Assembly (NCBI RefSeq): GCF_004010195.1
Contig: NC_057718.1
Span: 101,023,637 to 101,070,733, forward strand
Source: Chiloscyllium plagiosum
Lineage: Eukaryota
Length of the DNA stretch: 47,097 nucleotides
Reading direction: 5' to 3'
Of this stretch, positions 11,326-24,349 are shown in pieces. The notes under the pieces are model-generated. The model searched no databases and had not been told where the DNA came from. It worked only from the letters and a program-made list of their open reading frames with translations. Made by a program: the position numbers and the translations under genes. Each line of letters starts with the position of its first letter. Position 1 is the first letter of the stretch.

Positions 11326-12259
11326 TAAATCAGGGAATTTCCCCATTTGAGAGGAAATAGATGTGTCGTGGTATTGATTTTGTTTGGGGAATATAAAATG
11401 TAGGAACTGATTCTCTGGTTTGCATGCATTTGGGAAGCTTGTTGAATAGCAAACGAGTCTAGCAGGCAGTTATGAAATTTGAAGTCTGCTCTACAAACTA
11501 AATTGAGTGTGGTGGCTCATTGGATTTCTTTTGGTCCTGTTAAAAGAGTGGAGTGGATACCAAATGCACATGCAGCAGTCATGCATACAGGAAAAGATGC
11601 ATTTTCATTCCCCCTTGCATAGAGTTGGCACTGAGTAGTGTTAAGTAGCAGCCTAATCCTTTATGGTTATTGCTGGTCATATATCTGACAACAGTTACAA
11701 GCTATTCACTATGGGAAAAGCACAGTCAGCTTTGGATTCACTGAAATTTTTGTTCACTATCAGAGCCTTTGAGGGGGTTCCGTTATAAATAATGAGCCAT
11801 CAAAGTTAGGTGAGTGAAGGTGGCTGGTTGTTTTCCAGATCTCCTTGTACACGGTGTTCTGTTTCTGACGTTTGGCAGGTTCTTGTAACTTTTTGCAATA
11901 ACTGTGAGACACCATTGAATGATTCTGCAGTTTACAAGGTTTCATAAAGTAATTTGCAATGTTGATATACAAAAATGACAGAGAAGGATAACAGGAACTG
12001 CAAACCATTGCATGAAGAAGTAGTGGCACAGGGTAGTGCATTGTCACATTAACGTGCTCATCTGAGCCAGATATTGCTCTGGGGTAGCATTCAGTCTGAC
12101 CAGGGAAGGAAAGTCACAGTAACCTTGCTCAGCTTTGAGAAGAGACAGATAATAGGAGATAACCTGCAGCTGGAATGGCAAGAGACTGTGGGCTGTATGG
12201 GAACAAAAGGCCAGAGGGCAGTGAAGTTAACAAGGTAAGGATTGAGAAGAAATGTAAGT

Positions 12260-12480
12260 TAGAATCATAGACTGATAGAATCCCTACAATATGGACGTAG
12301 GCCCATTGAGTCCACACTGAGCCTCCGAAGAACATCCCATCCAGACCCACACTCCCTACCCTTTTCCTGTAACCCTGCATTGGCCTTGGCTAACCCACCT
12401 AACCTGCACATCCCTGGACACTATGGGCAAGTTAGGGATGGCCAATCAACCTCAACTGCACATCTTTAGACTGTGGGAAG
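12260..12480 (-). mobile_element. HE1/V-SINE variant, 3' half
   Basis: Reverse complement of the SINE body with an internal duplication of the 52-bp unit and a CR1-like tail. Confidence 0.75.
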
Positions 12481-12689
12481 GTGCTCATTGTCAAATCAGG
12501 TACAGAAAAAGACGTAAAGCGAGGGAAAAGAAGATTGGATGAAGAATGATAAATGACAGTAGTAAAGAAAAGGTACTAGGTTTAAATTTTATGTTACGTA
12601 ATCTTCAGCAACAATTAAAAGTTTAAAAAATGAGGTTCCACACTTGAATATTCAGTGCAGTGAATGCAGCACTGCCCTGAAAATGTATA

Positions 12690-12878
12690 CCCACCTAGCC
12701 TGGATACTATGGACAATTTAGCATGGCCAATCCACCAAACCTACACATCTTTGGACTGTGGGAGGAAACCCATATAGACATTGGGAGAATGTGCAAACTC
12801 CACACAGTCACCTGAGAGTGAAATCGAGCCTGGTTCTCTGGCGCTGTGAGGCAACAGTGCTAGCCACTGGGCCACCAC
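12690..12878 (-). mobile_element. HE1/V-SINE, 5' half
   Basis: Reverse-complement tRNA head 'ctggcgctgtgaggcaacagtgctagccactgggccacc' and V-domain. Confidence 0.8.
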
Positions 12879-13004
12879 TCAAATGGCAATAAATCACGGT
12901 CAAACATTAAGATGTTCATAGTCATAAAATGATGCAACTTGCCTTCCTTTGGCATGTTTATTTTGAATCTAATATGCAAAATCAGCTTCAGTGCACTCGT
13001 AAAG

Positions 13005-13180
13005 ACATAGAGTGATACAGATATACAGCATGGAAGCAGACCCTTTGGTCTAACTCGTCCATGCCGACCAGATATCCTAAATTAGTCTAGTCCCATTTGC
13101 CAGCATCTGGCCCATATCCCTCTCAACCCTTCCCTTACATATCCCCATCCAAATGCCTTTTAGATGTTGTAATTATACTC
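13005..13180 (-). mobile_element. CR1 LINE tail fragment
   Basis: Reverse complement of the CR1 3' UTR. Confidence 0.8.
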
Positions 13181-13459
13181 ACTGCAGTTCAATGGCAAAG
13201 CCCTGGGAAGTGCCACTCTCACTGAGGGAAGGGATTGCAGATCCTGAAGAGCAATATCCTTGTGAACCAGCATCTGTTTACTCCTCTAGAGTTGCTGTAC
13301 CATTTGTATACAAATGGAGTGTGCCATTAGCTTTACTGTTAATTTGGAAGCAAGTTATGGCCATGTGTTTTATTTTGTTACTGAGTTGAAAATGAAGGCC
13401 ACGAAGTGCTCAATTTAGTCTCAGGCATGAATAGCATTTTCATATTAAAGGACATGGCA

Positions 13460-13595
13460 GCGGAATTAGGCCATTCAGCCCATTAAACCTGCTCCACCAG
13501 TTGATTGTGGCTGATATGTTTCTCAACTCCATTCTCCCGCCTTCTCCCTGGAACCTTTGACCCCCTTACTAATCAAGAACCTCTCTGTCTCTGTC
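13460..13595 (-). mobile_element. CR1 LINE tail fragment (second subfamily)
   Basis: 'ggaattaggccattcagccc...cctgctccacc' is similar to 39085-39125. Confidence 0.65.
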
Positions 13596-14067
13596 AGTCA
13601 GTCTCTCTCTATTCTACATCACTGTGACACACTGACAGCATCACCATTATTCTTGATTCACTGTGACCTGTAGCAAAGGTCACTGTTTGTTTACAATCTG
13701 CACGGAAAAGTTAATTTGGTTTCAGAATATTAAAATTAAATTGTGAGCATAAAATAAAATTTCGAGGACCATCATCCTTGGCAGTGTTAGTTTGAAGGCT
13801 ACTGAAAGGCAAAGAGAAACGATCATGACAATTATGTACATTGACATCTCTCAAAAGAATACTTTTAATTCTGGTTAAGTTGGTGTATGGCAAGCAAGTT
13901 CTAATTAGGAAGAATTTCAGAAAGGGTATGGAGGAGTTGGACAGGTTATATGACAGACTTACTAGAATGTTTCCAAGAACTGTGTGGTTTGTTGGACAAG
14001 CTTCTTGAGTTCACTTCCTGCAATCCAAGGCCAAGGAAAGATTTGATCGAGGTATTTAAATCACATG

Positions 14068-14382
14068 GAATCCCTACAGTGTGGAAGCAGGCCATTTGGC
14101 CCATCGAGTTCACACCGACCTTCTGAAGAGCCTCCCAGCTAGACCCGCACCCGCACCCTATCCCTATATATCTCCCATAGCTAATGCACCTAACCTGCAC
14201 ATCCCTGGACACTCTGGGAAATTTAGCATGGTCAATCCACCTAACTTGCACATCTTTGGACTGTAGGAGGAAACCCATGCAGACACGGGGAGAATATGCA
14301 AACTCCACACAGAGATGGAATCAAACCCTGGTCCCTGGCGCTGTGGGGCAGCAGTGCTAACCACTGAGACACTGTGCCTCCC
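14068..14382 (-). mobile_element. HE1/V-SINE variant, full length
   Basis: tRNA head, V-domain, duplicated 52-bp unit and CR1-like tail on the minus strand. Confidence 0.85.
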
Positions 14383-15263
14383 CAGCCAAAATTGGTTGAA
14401 TAAAGAGAAAGCATTTTAACTGCTGGAGAGTTGATGATCACTGAGTGCTATGATTAGCAAAAGAAGTCGAGGTAACATAAGGAAAATCATTTTTGCACGT
14501 CAAGTGTTAGAATTTAGAATGTAACGCCAGAAAGAGGGCAGGATACAGATTAATTTACAGCTTTCCGAGGGGAAATGGATAGAATATAAAGTGAGGAGAC
14601 AAATATTTGCAGGGATATGATGACAGAGAAGGGGAGTGGGACAAACTGGGTCGTTCCTCGAAGGGGACAGTGCAGACTGGATGGGCCAAAAAGTCTTCTG
14701 TGCTCGCTTATTCCACGATTCTGTAATAAGCTCAGACAAGGTTTGCTTTTCTCGTAAGCAACTTGTGCAGTTACGTCATGCAGACTCTGAGAAACATCAA
14801 ATTTAAAGTGCTTTTCTTTTCAAAGAAAGAACAGATATTGCTCGATTTTCCTTTTGGAAGTAGCTGGCTGGTTTTGATCTTGTGCGTAGCGAGAGGGAAG
14901 GTTTTTTTGAAGCCATCACTGGGGAAATTAAAGTTCCTTTTGCAAGACTATTTAAAATGGTTTTGTGAAGTGTTTGATTTGCTTTGGAGAAATCCTGCGT
15001 TTCTCTGTTAGAATAAAGGCCAGATTATGGCACCCAAGAACTTCAAAGTTAAAGCAATTGATGAAGCCCTTCAGCAGTACACTTCCTCGTCCTGTGCACC
15101 ATCCCATGCTCAGCATCTAGAATGCATTTAGCCCTTTGTTCCCATGGTTTCAAAATTTATATTCCATCTTACTTTTTCCACATAGCTTTTTCTGACTTGC
15201 TAATCTAATACGTTTCACCAGGAAAGCTTAATTTCAGATGACTAGGGAGTTTACATCCCCGGG

Positions 15264-15489
15264 GCTAGATTAGAGTAGTGCTGGAAAAGCACAGCAGTTC
15301 AGGCAGCATCCAAGAAGCAGTAAAATTGACGTTTTGGGCAAAAGCCCTTCAGCAGGAATCCTGATGAAGGGCTTTTGCCCAAAACGTTGATTTTACTGCT
15401 CCTCGGATGCTGCCTGAACTGCTGTGCTTTTCCAGCACCACTCTAATCTAGTCTCTGGTTTCCAGCATCTGCAGTCATTATTTTTACCT
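15264..15489. mobile_element. Palindromic PLE-derived element, hammerhead family A
   Basis: ~92-bp inverted arms (ctagattagagt...cagcagga / tcctgatgaagggcttttgccc...ctctaatctag) plus a ~38-nt tail. TSD agtttacatccccggg (15248-15263) / agttttcatccccggg (15490-15505). Confidence 0.9.
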
Positions 15490-15503
15490 AGTTTTCATCC
15501 CCG

Positions 15504-16020
15504 GGAGAGAGTGAGCACTGCAGATGCTGGAAATCAGAGTCAAAAAGTTGGTGCTGGAAAAATACAGCAGGTCAGGCAGCATCCGAGGAGCACCAGAACC
15601 GATGTTTCGGGTATAAGCTAGGAGGTGTAAGAGGGGAGCTGGGAAGGCGATAGATTGTGGTGGGGGGCTGAAGGTGATGGGTCAGAGGGGAGGGTGGAAC
15701 AGTCAGATGGGAAGGAAGGTGGACAGGTGGGATAGTTCAAGAGGGCGGTGCCCAGTTGGATCTGGGATGAGGTGGCAGAGGGGGAGATCAGCAAACAGGT
15801 GAAATCGATGGCGATGCCATGTGATTGGAGGATCCCAAGGTGGAAGTTGAGGCGTTCTTCCTCCACCTGTCAGGTGACTTGGATTTGACAGTGGAGGAGG
15901 CCCAGGAATTGCATGTCCTTGGCGCAGTGGAAGGGGGATTTGAAGTGATCGGCCATAGGTTGATGGGGTTGTTGGGTGCGTGTCCTCCAAAGATTTTCCT
16001 GAAACGTTCCGCAAGTTGGC
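15504..16020 (-). mobile_element. Penelope-like retroelement 3' end: GIY-YIG endonuclease C-terminal remnant, 3' UTR and family-A terminal repeat
   Basis: Minus-strand FQENLWRTRTQQPHQPMADHFKSPFHCAKDMQFLGLLH and EEERLNFHLGILQSHGIAIDF match the PLE GIY-YIG C-terminus. This is followed by a pyrimidine-rich UTR and a terminal repeat (15504-15617). Confidence 0.8.
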
Positions 16021-16214
16021 ATCCTGTCTACCCTTTCTTTCCTCAACAGTTCCTGCCCACTCACTCTGAACATCTGACCACCCTCCCTGATTGTCAGCTC
16101 CTGACTGACTATGGAATGTGCTTACCCGAAACAACAAGGCACGCATGAGCTGCTGCGAGCATTCAAGTCAGTGCAAAGTGGGTGAGCGCTAAGAGACCAG
16201 AAATAGGTCAAGTC

Positions 16215-16415
16215 ACCCCAAAAACAGAGGGCTGCTCTCTCACTACAGAGGGACGACTGGCATTGAGTTCAACCTAAGGGTCAGCACCTCTCAGGTGAGG
16301 GGAGAGCTGGAGAAGGAGCTTCCTTCGCAGTAACATCAGCCAGTGAGGGGATCGAACCCATGCTGTTGGTGTCACTCTGCATCGCAAACCAGTTGTCCAC
16401 CCAACTGAGCTCACT
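16215..16415 (-). mobile_element. tRNA-derived SINE (different family from HE1)
   Basis: Minus-strand head agctcagttgg...gggttcgatccc with A and B boxes. Confidence 0.6.
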
Positions 16416-17135
16416 GACCCGTTCTGACACAGGTGATGGATATTTGTCCCTTCGTACAAAACAGCCTCCAATCAGGATTGTGATGAAATGTGTCGTTCGG
16501 CCCCAAAGGGCAGTACCGGGCTGCTGAACTGGATTATAATTCAGCTGCAAATAAAACTCTTTAAAAACAAATACTTTATTCACCTGATATGGATTAATCT
16601 GAATTAATCTTGCCAAAATAACGTGGCCTTACAGAACTTATTTCTCTATCTGTGGTGAGCGTTCCCCTGCGTTAAGTCTACTTTGACGTGATGATGTGTT
16701 GAGGGTGTTGCTTGGCTGGTGGCAACGTCCTTGGACAGAGGGTACAGATTGTCGCTGCTCATCACATGTGCCCCGAAATGTTGGGGCGGGCCAGCCAAGG
16801 TGAAGCCCGAGAGAAGATGCCAGCAAGCTTGAAGCTGCCAGGTACCCAATCAGATGTTCATGTTGGGAGTCGTCACTGTCTAATTATTCTCTGCTTCTGG
16901 TACAATGACAACCTGCACAGGAATGGGGCTGAATTAGATCGCAACGAGATGTTCATCTGTGCACAGACTCTCCAACAAGATTCTCACCTTGCCCTTCCAA
17001 CTGTGGGTGGAAAATTGAACTTTTTTCCCCTCAACCTCAGGAATCCGTTTTTCCGGTCTCGCTGCATATTCCAAATTGACTCATCATTTCCCGCACCCTT
17101 TAGGAGCTGGGAAAATTCACCTCTGTGTGTTAAAA

Positions 17136-17280
17136 TTAGAGTGGTGCTGGAAAGCCCTTCATCAACTTTTGCCCGAAACGTCAATTCTCCTGCTGCTTGG
17201 ATGCTGCCTGACCTGTTGTGCTTTTCCAGCACCACTCTAATCTTGGCTCTAATCTCCAGCATCTGCAGTCCTGACTTGTG
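17136..17280. mobile_element. PLE-derived family A element with a short inverted 5' arm
   Basis: Exact 15-bp TSD ctctgtgtgttaaaa (17121-17135 / 17281-17295). Contains 'gcccgaaacgtc', the hammerhead 3' half. Confidence 0.85.
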
Positions 17281-17544
17281 CTCTGTGTGTTAAAAAGTTA
17301 CTTCTGTGTTAAAGTCTATTTAATGCTGGGGAATGCACACAACAGATACAGAAATATGCTGAAATGGCATGTCAGTTTTAAAGATTCTACAGCAGGTGAA
17401 TAATGTATTTTTTTTCAAAGAGTTTTATCTTAAAGAGTGTGTTTCTTCATTGTTGATAAGCAATAGTAATACTGGTTGAAACCGATTTTCAAGATATCCA
17501 CAGCCTTTCTGGCTGATGGAAGTTCAGGATTTTTCAGCTGTACT

Positions 17545-17842
17545 AGTCCAAATCTAGTGGGCATGGGTTTACGGGTGAGAGGGGAAAGATTTAAAAGGGA
17601 CTTAAGGGGCAACCTTTTCACGCAGAGGGTGGTGTGTGAATGAAATGTGCTGCCAGAGGAAGTGGTAAAGGCTGGTACAATTACAGCATTTAAAAGGCAG
17701 CTGGGTGGGTATATGAATAGGAAGGGTTTAAAGGGATCTGGGGAAAATGGGACTAGATTAATTTAGGATATCTGGTCGGCATGGATGAGTTGGACTGAAA
17801 GGTGTGTTTCCGTGCTGTACATTTCCATGATTCTATGACTAT
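17545..17842 (+). mobile_element. CR1 LINE 3' fragment
   Basis: SKSSGHGFTGERGKI.../'ctgtacatttccatgattctatgacta' tail. Confidence 0.85.
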
Positions 17843-18294
17843 AAGCTCAAAGACAATCTCAGCTTTTGTACTGTTGGTAAACATGAATACATTAGACTAT
17901 GTATTGAATAGAAAGCTAGTGACAATTTACCGCAGATTGTACCTGTCTTAATTGTCTCTGGATGTGTCAATAACAAACCCTATTCAGTTTCCACCTGGAA
18001 CATGGATTCAGTGCCCTGAGCTCAATGAGCTAGGTTCTCATCAATGGTCTACTGAGGGAGGCCAGCTTCCAATGTTTCTTCTTGATGACTTTGTGTAGTT
18101 GCAATGGTCAAAATGTTTTCTCCTGCCACGCAGCGAGGTCAAGATAGATGAAGGAAATAAAGCTTGATCCGCCTGCATTCCAACAAGCAGAGACTGGTCA
18201 ATGGCAGCAAGAAGCTGAGGAATGCGAATTTTATAAAAGCCAAGTCCAAGAACAAATGGGATTAATGTCGATAGATTGGCACACTTTTTTTTCA

Positions 18295-18600
18295 GGAGAC
18301 CTGGGTGTCTCTGATTAGGCCAGCAAATATTGCCAATCCCTAATTGTCAAGAGTCAACTGCATTGCTGTGGGTCTGGAGTCACATGTAGGCCAGGTCAGC
18401 AGATTTCCTTCCCTGCAGGGCATTAGTGAACCAGGTGGGATTTTCTGACAATGGCTTCATTGTCATCATTAGACCCTCAATTCCAGGTTTTTATTGAATT
18501 CAAATGCCACCATCTGCTGTGGCGAGATTTGAACCCAAGTCCCCAGAACAACTTTCTAAACTAACAGTCTAGTGATAATATCTTTAGTCTGTCACCTCCC
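18295..18600 (-). mobile_element. Old tRNA-derived SINE sharing its 3' end with the LINE at 33480-34010
   Basis: B-box 'gagatttgaaccc' (reverse complement) and a 3' end 'ggccagcaaatattgccaatccctaattg'. A related copy lies at ~18780-19060. Confidence 0.55.
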
Positions 18601-19634
18601 CACTTGATGGGACGAAGGCCCTCTTCTGTGCTGTATGACTCCATAGCTCAATTCAGTAATAACCGGTGATTGGTAACTACTGACTTTAATTGGCTTCTCG
18701 AGAAGTTGGAGACTGCCTCAGGCAGAAATTTATATACTTTTGCTTATTAATTCGGAAGGCATCAGTGGCCACTTTGGATATAACTGACTTTTACTCAGCC
18801 ATTTCGGAGGGCAGTTGAGTCCATCACATTTTGCTGGGGTTACAGACTGGTTAACAGGGATGGCAGAGTTCTTGCTCCAATAGATGTTACTGAACCACAT
18901 GAGTTTTTACAACAATCCCCACTACCTTCACAATCACCATTATTGATGCTAGATCTATATTCACAATCCATTTAGCTAGCTGGATTTAAATTAGCTGCTG
19001 CAGTAGGATTTGAGTTCATATCTGGAGATCTTTATTCTAGCTAGGCCTCTGGATTACTCATTCAGCATTGTATTTTAGTGGATAATATGAAGCAATGTGC
19101 TCTTGAAAATCTGCTGGAGTAGAGCTCTGTTTATACGGGGCATTTTATCCCTGGCTTATTCATATTTTTATCTGTTGTATTACAATTAATGTAGAAAATG
19201 TTCATCATTTTTTGGAATTTGTTTACATTGTTGAGTTTATGATAAATAAACACATTAAGTCAAATAGTTTTGAATTGACTTCAGAGCAGATGGTTCATGG
19301 GCTCAGTTCTGAAGAATCAGGAATTAAGCTGAATAGCAAGTTTTAGATTACTCCGAGCAAGATATTAAATCAGTTCAGGGGAATACAGGCACCTCAGCAG
19401 AAGTAGCTTCCAGACTTTGAGATTTGTTTGTTTTCATACTTTGTGTAACAAATAGTGAAGGCTGCATCATTTAGGTTTCTGTGTTTTTGCCTTTGGACTA
19501 AAGTTTTAAAACCAAACTGTGAACAGAATTGCTGCATTTTTAATATCAGTCTCTGACACTCGTTGTTTGAAGGTGTTTACACTGTTGCTTTATTCAAGCG
19601 GCGAGGGGGAAGGAATTTAAAAATAAAAATTTCT

Positions 19635-19939
19635 AATCACCTGTTCAGCCATGTTATTGCACACCTCTAGAGTAGGTGGGATTTGATCCCAGGTTTCCTG
19701 GTCCAGAGGGGCACTACCACTGCACCACAAAGAAAATCTGTTAGGATTGCGAACTGAACCATTTGATACTTTCATTTATACCACCTCGACCACCTCCCTC
19801 CTCCCCATTCGTTCAGTTAACAATATAATTGGATCGAGGGTTCTTGAGACACAGTGATTGTGTCCCTACCTCTGGACCAGGAGGCCTGGGTTCAAGTCTC
19901 ATCTGCTCCAGATGTTTCATAACATCTCTGAACAGGTTG

Positions 19940-19977
<38 letters not shown>

Positions 19978-20095
19978 GGATCTACTGAAGGTCTGCGGTG
20001 CAGTGGTGTTGTTTTTACAGTGATGCAGAACCTCCAGGTTCGAGGCCTACTTAATCCTGAGACATATCACAACACATCTGAACAGCTTCATTAAA
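19635..20095. repeat. Cluster of three short tRNA-derived SINE-like copies (19635-19730 minus; 19845-19942 and 19995-20092 plus) around a (TA)n microsatellite at 19945-19972
   Basis: Shared motif 'gtccctacctctggaccaggaggcctgggttcaagtc...aacatctctgaacaggttgatt'. Other copies at ~5620-5680, 7388-7465 and 30250-30320. Confidence 0.65.
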
Positions 20096-22029
20096 AAGAT
20101 CTATAATGGGATCCAATATTGGACAGTATATAATTTGTGGTTGAATTATTATGACTGTGTCATTGAAACTGATTGCAGTGAATTCACAAGTTGTGTACAG
20201 TCAGAAGTATAAGAATAATCATCTTGAAATTCCTTTCTTTAAATCTCTGGAAGTGCTCTTACACACAACCGAACAGCTTTCCCACCATCAAGTCACTATG
20301 GCATTTCTTCCATCTACTGACCACCACCAGTAAATCACTCATGTAACCAATTAAATCTTTCCATGCAAAGCCCCTTACAGGCAATGCAAACCATTGAAGG
20401 TGGGAGTGAAGGTAGGGAGAGCGGGAAGGGACAAAATTAAAATGGAGTTGGAGGGGAAAATCAGGCACTGTATCTTGCCGCAGTGCCCACCTCTCTCTAA
20501 AGGCATTGATGGACACCACGTGCTCCCTTTCCAAGGACACCCAGGCACAAACGTAACCGCAGAAGAGGGGCAAGCAGTTAGCAGTGGTCCTTTGGGACTA
20601 TGGTAACTTTATCTTGACCCTTCTCGCACCATTTTAAGACAAATTCACTTCAATTCTCATTTCGGTTGAAAATTCTGATTCTAACTCTCTTCTGCTGTTT
20701 CTGTCTCACCTTGCTACAAAGCATTTTCTTGAGAAATCGAAAATAGCAATTTAGGGCTCGATTCAACCACAATGCACTTTGTGAAAGGCGAAAAGAGCTG
20801 ACTGCACCATTGTGTCCCGAAGTTGGGATGTCACTACACATTATGATCTTGTGCCAAAAAAAATGAAACCCAAACAGTCACTGTTAAATAAAATCCCTGT
20901 TTGTTTAGTAGAGGCTGCATGGGCATTCTAAGTGCCAGCTGATGTATCCTGTAATGTGTTTTCTAATTTAAACAATGGTCCAAACTAATCACTTGACTCC
21001 AACTTTTTGAGCCCCATCGTGTTTTCAACATTAATCCTTCCATGATCATTCATTTTATTTTCCAACTTATTGTTCGGATGGCCTTCATTTGAACTGCAGA
21101 TTAATCATTTGACAGTCAGCATCTTTGGGTAATTAACTGATAATTGATGACCGTGCCTGACTTGTGGGAAAAATACAGACGTTGAAAGAGATGAACGCTT
21201 TCAGCTGACTCGAAGATAACAGTTTTGAAAAATGTGTGACAAAATAAATAAGTTTAAGATTGGGAAGGTAATGAAGTGTTCTGCAAAATGTCAATAAGGT
21301 CAGCAATTGCTGGATTCATGTGCCTTGATTTCTTTTATTACTTTATAAATATGAGGAAATGATCACATATCCAAACATAAATTATGTCAAATTGTCCTGC
21401 AGGAATCTCTAAAGGGTCATGTTCTTTAATTTGGCTGAACTAATGGCCCATTCAGACCCATCCAGTTCCAATAGATTCACTAGCACTGAATTAAAAGCCA
21501 AAACATAAATATTGTGGAAGGGGGGGTGGCAGTGGCAGTGGTTCTACACAGATCTAGTGTGTCAGAGCTGGTAACTTTGGGATCATGGCTGTGCTGGATT
21601 TTTGATTCTATCAGATCTGACATTCCACTTTGGCTGGCTTGGGTCAGATACAATATACAGTAAACACTTTATTAAGTGGCATCTATCGGACCAGGGGTTG
21701 ATCCAGTATTTCAGTTGATCAAGATGTACACATAATCAATGCGAAAACAAACACTAAGACACATAATGCAGGGGTCTACACATCAGTGTTATCCTTTATT
21801 TACAGCATAAATCACTTAAATAATATGCAACTTTGCCTTCAATAAAAACGTACTGTCAGGGAGCCTTCTCACCCCCACTCTCAGCTGACGACTCTGAGTT
21901 CGTAATAATATGTAAGCGTCCAGTATTTTAGGTATGTAATTTTTGTCGGTTTGTCATAAGGTGCAGCTTAAAGCTAAGTACTGTACTGTTCATGGGACAT
22001 TGATGAAGAGATGTTGATGTTAGCCTTGG

Positions 22030-22228
22030 TGCAGAGGGATCTGGATGTCCTTGTGTATGAATTGCAGAAAGCTAGCATGCAGGTACGACAGGTCATAAAG
22101 AGGGCAAATTTGGCATTTATTGTGATAGGAAGGCAGCATAACAGGGAACTGTTGCTGCAACTGTCCTAGGTCCTTGGTGAGAACACATCTGGAGTACAGC
22201 GTACAGTTTTGGTCCCTTTACTCGAGGA
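22030..22228 (+). mobile_element. Old CR1 ORF2 fragment
   Basis: VQRDLDVLVYE...HLEYSVQFWSLY-like remnants. Confidence 0.65.
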
Positions 22229-22231
22229 TAG

Positions 22232-22385
22232 ATTTAAAAATCGCACAACACCAGGTTATAGTCCAACAGGTTTATTTGAAAAACTTTCAGAGCACTGCTC
22301 CTTCATCAGGTAGCTAGTGGGGCAGGATCATAGAACACAGAATTTACAGTAAATTATCAAAGCGTCATACAACTGATGTGATGTA
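22232..22385 (-). mobile_element. PLE-derived family B terminal repeat, inserted in a CR1
   Basis: 'aaaaatcgcacaacaccaggttatagtccaacagg'. Minus-strand tac-CTGATGA-a-GGAGC-agt-GCTCT-GAAA. Confidence 0.75.
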
Positions 22386-23542
22386 TCGAGGTGGTTTCGA
22401 GAAGATTGATCCAGATTAATTCCAAAGATGAAAGGTTTTGATGTAGTCCATCAAGCTAGTCAGTTGTAATAGTAGTGATGTCCACATCCTTAGGTTGAAC
22501 TCAGAGGAGAACAATGGTTAAATCTCAGGAAACAGCTTTAATGATGAGATGATATCTCCATATTGCAAGCTTTTATAAATAATTTTGAATGGCAAGTAAA
22601 GGACACCAGACAGCTTTGTGGAATGCGTAAGATGAGTGTTAACTTGTCCTGTGAGCTCGTTATCTGCCCTACATGAACAGTTGGAAACATATTGCACCAT
22701 CTATTTAGACACGCATTGTTTACTTAATAGTTTACCCATGGTGCTGAAGGAACAAATAACTGTCACAATTTTTAAAATGACTTGGTGGTGGAGGGCAGGC
22801 AGAAATTGGCAAACTCCTGTTGGTCAGCAGGAAACAGAGGCTGTGAAGAGATTTTAATTTGCGAGGCGGAGATTAGTATCGTGCATCCGTTCATCTGTTT
22901 TAAGTGAGAATGAGAACAAGAAGCTGTTTTGGGAAGGAGCTCACCATGAGGTTTGAAAAATACAACTGGAGAAACAAGAATAAATTGAATTCATTGATAA
23001 AGATGATTTGTAACTCTACTGTCTGTGTGCAAAAGCTAGCACCTTTACTCTGACATCTCTAAGAAGAGTCTTTATATCGAATCAAATTTGGACATCTCAC
23101 TAATATAAAACAAGCATTTCATTGCTAGTATTTAGCAATAAACTCAGTTACCCATCATTCAGCATGGTATAATGTTTACAAGTGTTTCTGTACCAAAACT
23201 GCCAGTGTGAGAATGGAAGTTCAACATATGAGGAGGACACTAAGTCCATTGAGTTTTTGCTGGTGCTGGTTGTTACCATGGTTTCTCAGTGTTTGCAGTC
23301 CAGGAGACCTCTGGAGAGGGATAGAATCACTGACAGATCCTGGGGCAGGATTTTGTAGGTGCCCACTGGCCATGTTTTTACTAGGGTAGGGCAGACACCG
23401 GCAAACCTCAAGAGGTAACAAGCCGACCACTTTCCCAGGCATCCTGAACCTGACCCCATAACCCGATAGGTGAGTGGGTGACAAAATTGGCAGCCTGTCC
23501 AGCATTTTTTTTAGGAACATCGTTAATAGGCCGTTGATCTTG

Positions 23543-24165
23543 TGTTATGGACCAGACCCCCTCAAAACATTTTAAGAAAGTAGTCTAGACCCTAGCATTT
23601 TCTTATTTTAAAGACAAAGGTCAAGAGTCTGTTCCCGATGCAATACGATTGGTCAAGCTACTCGATGTTAAGCAAAATGCAATTTATTTAAACATTAGTT
23701 AAAATGCAACCAAAGAAAGTGGAATTCAAAATAACAATTCATTTGGAAAACTTAACAGAATAATACATGCAATGACTATTACTAGTTAACTGTTCCAATA
23801 TAGTTAACACCGTGGCACACCCCATGGCAAAAATAGGAAAGTTCAGACACAGCCTCTTACATGCAGGTTTCCAAGCCAGGAGGTAAAAAGCATCAAGAAA
23901 ATATTTAGAGAGAGTAGCAGCCAGGAGGTATTCACTGAAGCTTCCAACTCTGTTGAGAGCCCAATAACTTCTGATATTACTCAGAAATTCTGATCTGTGA
24001 GAGCTGGCCACACCCAGTCAGGCTGCATTTAAAAAAAAACCCCGAGACCTCCCAAGCTGTTTGCTCAAGTGGTCTGCAGTAGTTATCTCAGCGCCTCTCT
24101 CTTATAATCTCTCTTCAAACATAAACCAGGACAAAATAATACCTTAAAGGGACAGCACTGTTCCA
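23543..24165 (-). mobile_element. Probable solo LTR (Gypsy-like)
   Basis: TG...CA ends (tgttatgg ... gttcca) with a 4-bp TSD cttg (23539-42 / 24166-69). AATAAA on the minus strand at ~23683. About 620 bp of non-coding sequence. Confidence 0.6.
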
Positions 24166-24349
24166 CTTGTTACCAAGCAATTGACTGGAACATCACACTG
24201 CCACAGCCTTAAAACAGCCAATGGGAGGGGGGAAGGCTGCTTAATGTAGGAACAGGAGTAGGCCGTTCAGCCCCTGAAGCCTGCTCAACCTTTCAAAGAT
24301 TTTATGGCTGACCTGTGACTTTGGGTAATCCAAGATGGAGGACAGGAAA

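Noticed and set aside
16712..17293. Longest ORF (193 aa) as a host gene
   Set aside because: No recognisable domain, a non-ATG start, and the C-terminal third reads through a PLE-derived insertion.
21656..21987. Possible Tigger-like MITE (TA-cagta...tactg-TA)
   Set aside because: The terminal match is only about 5 bp, too weak to call without a database search.
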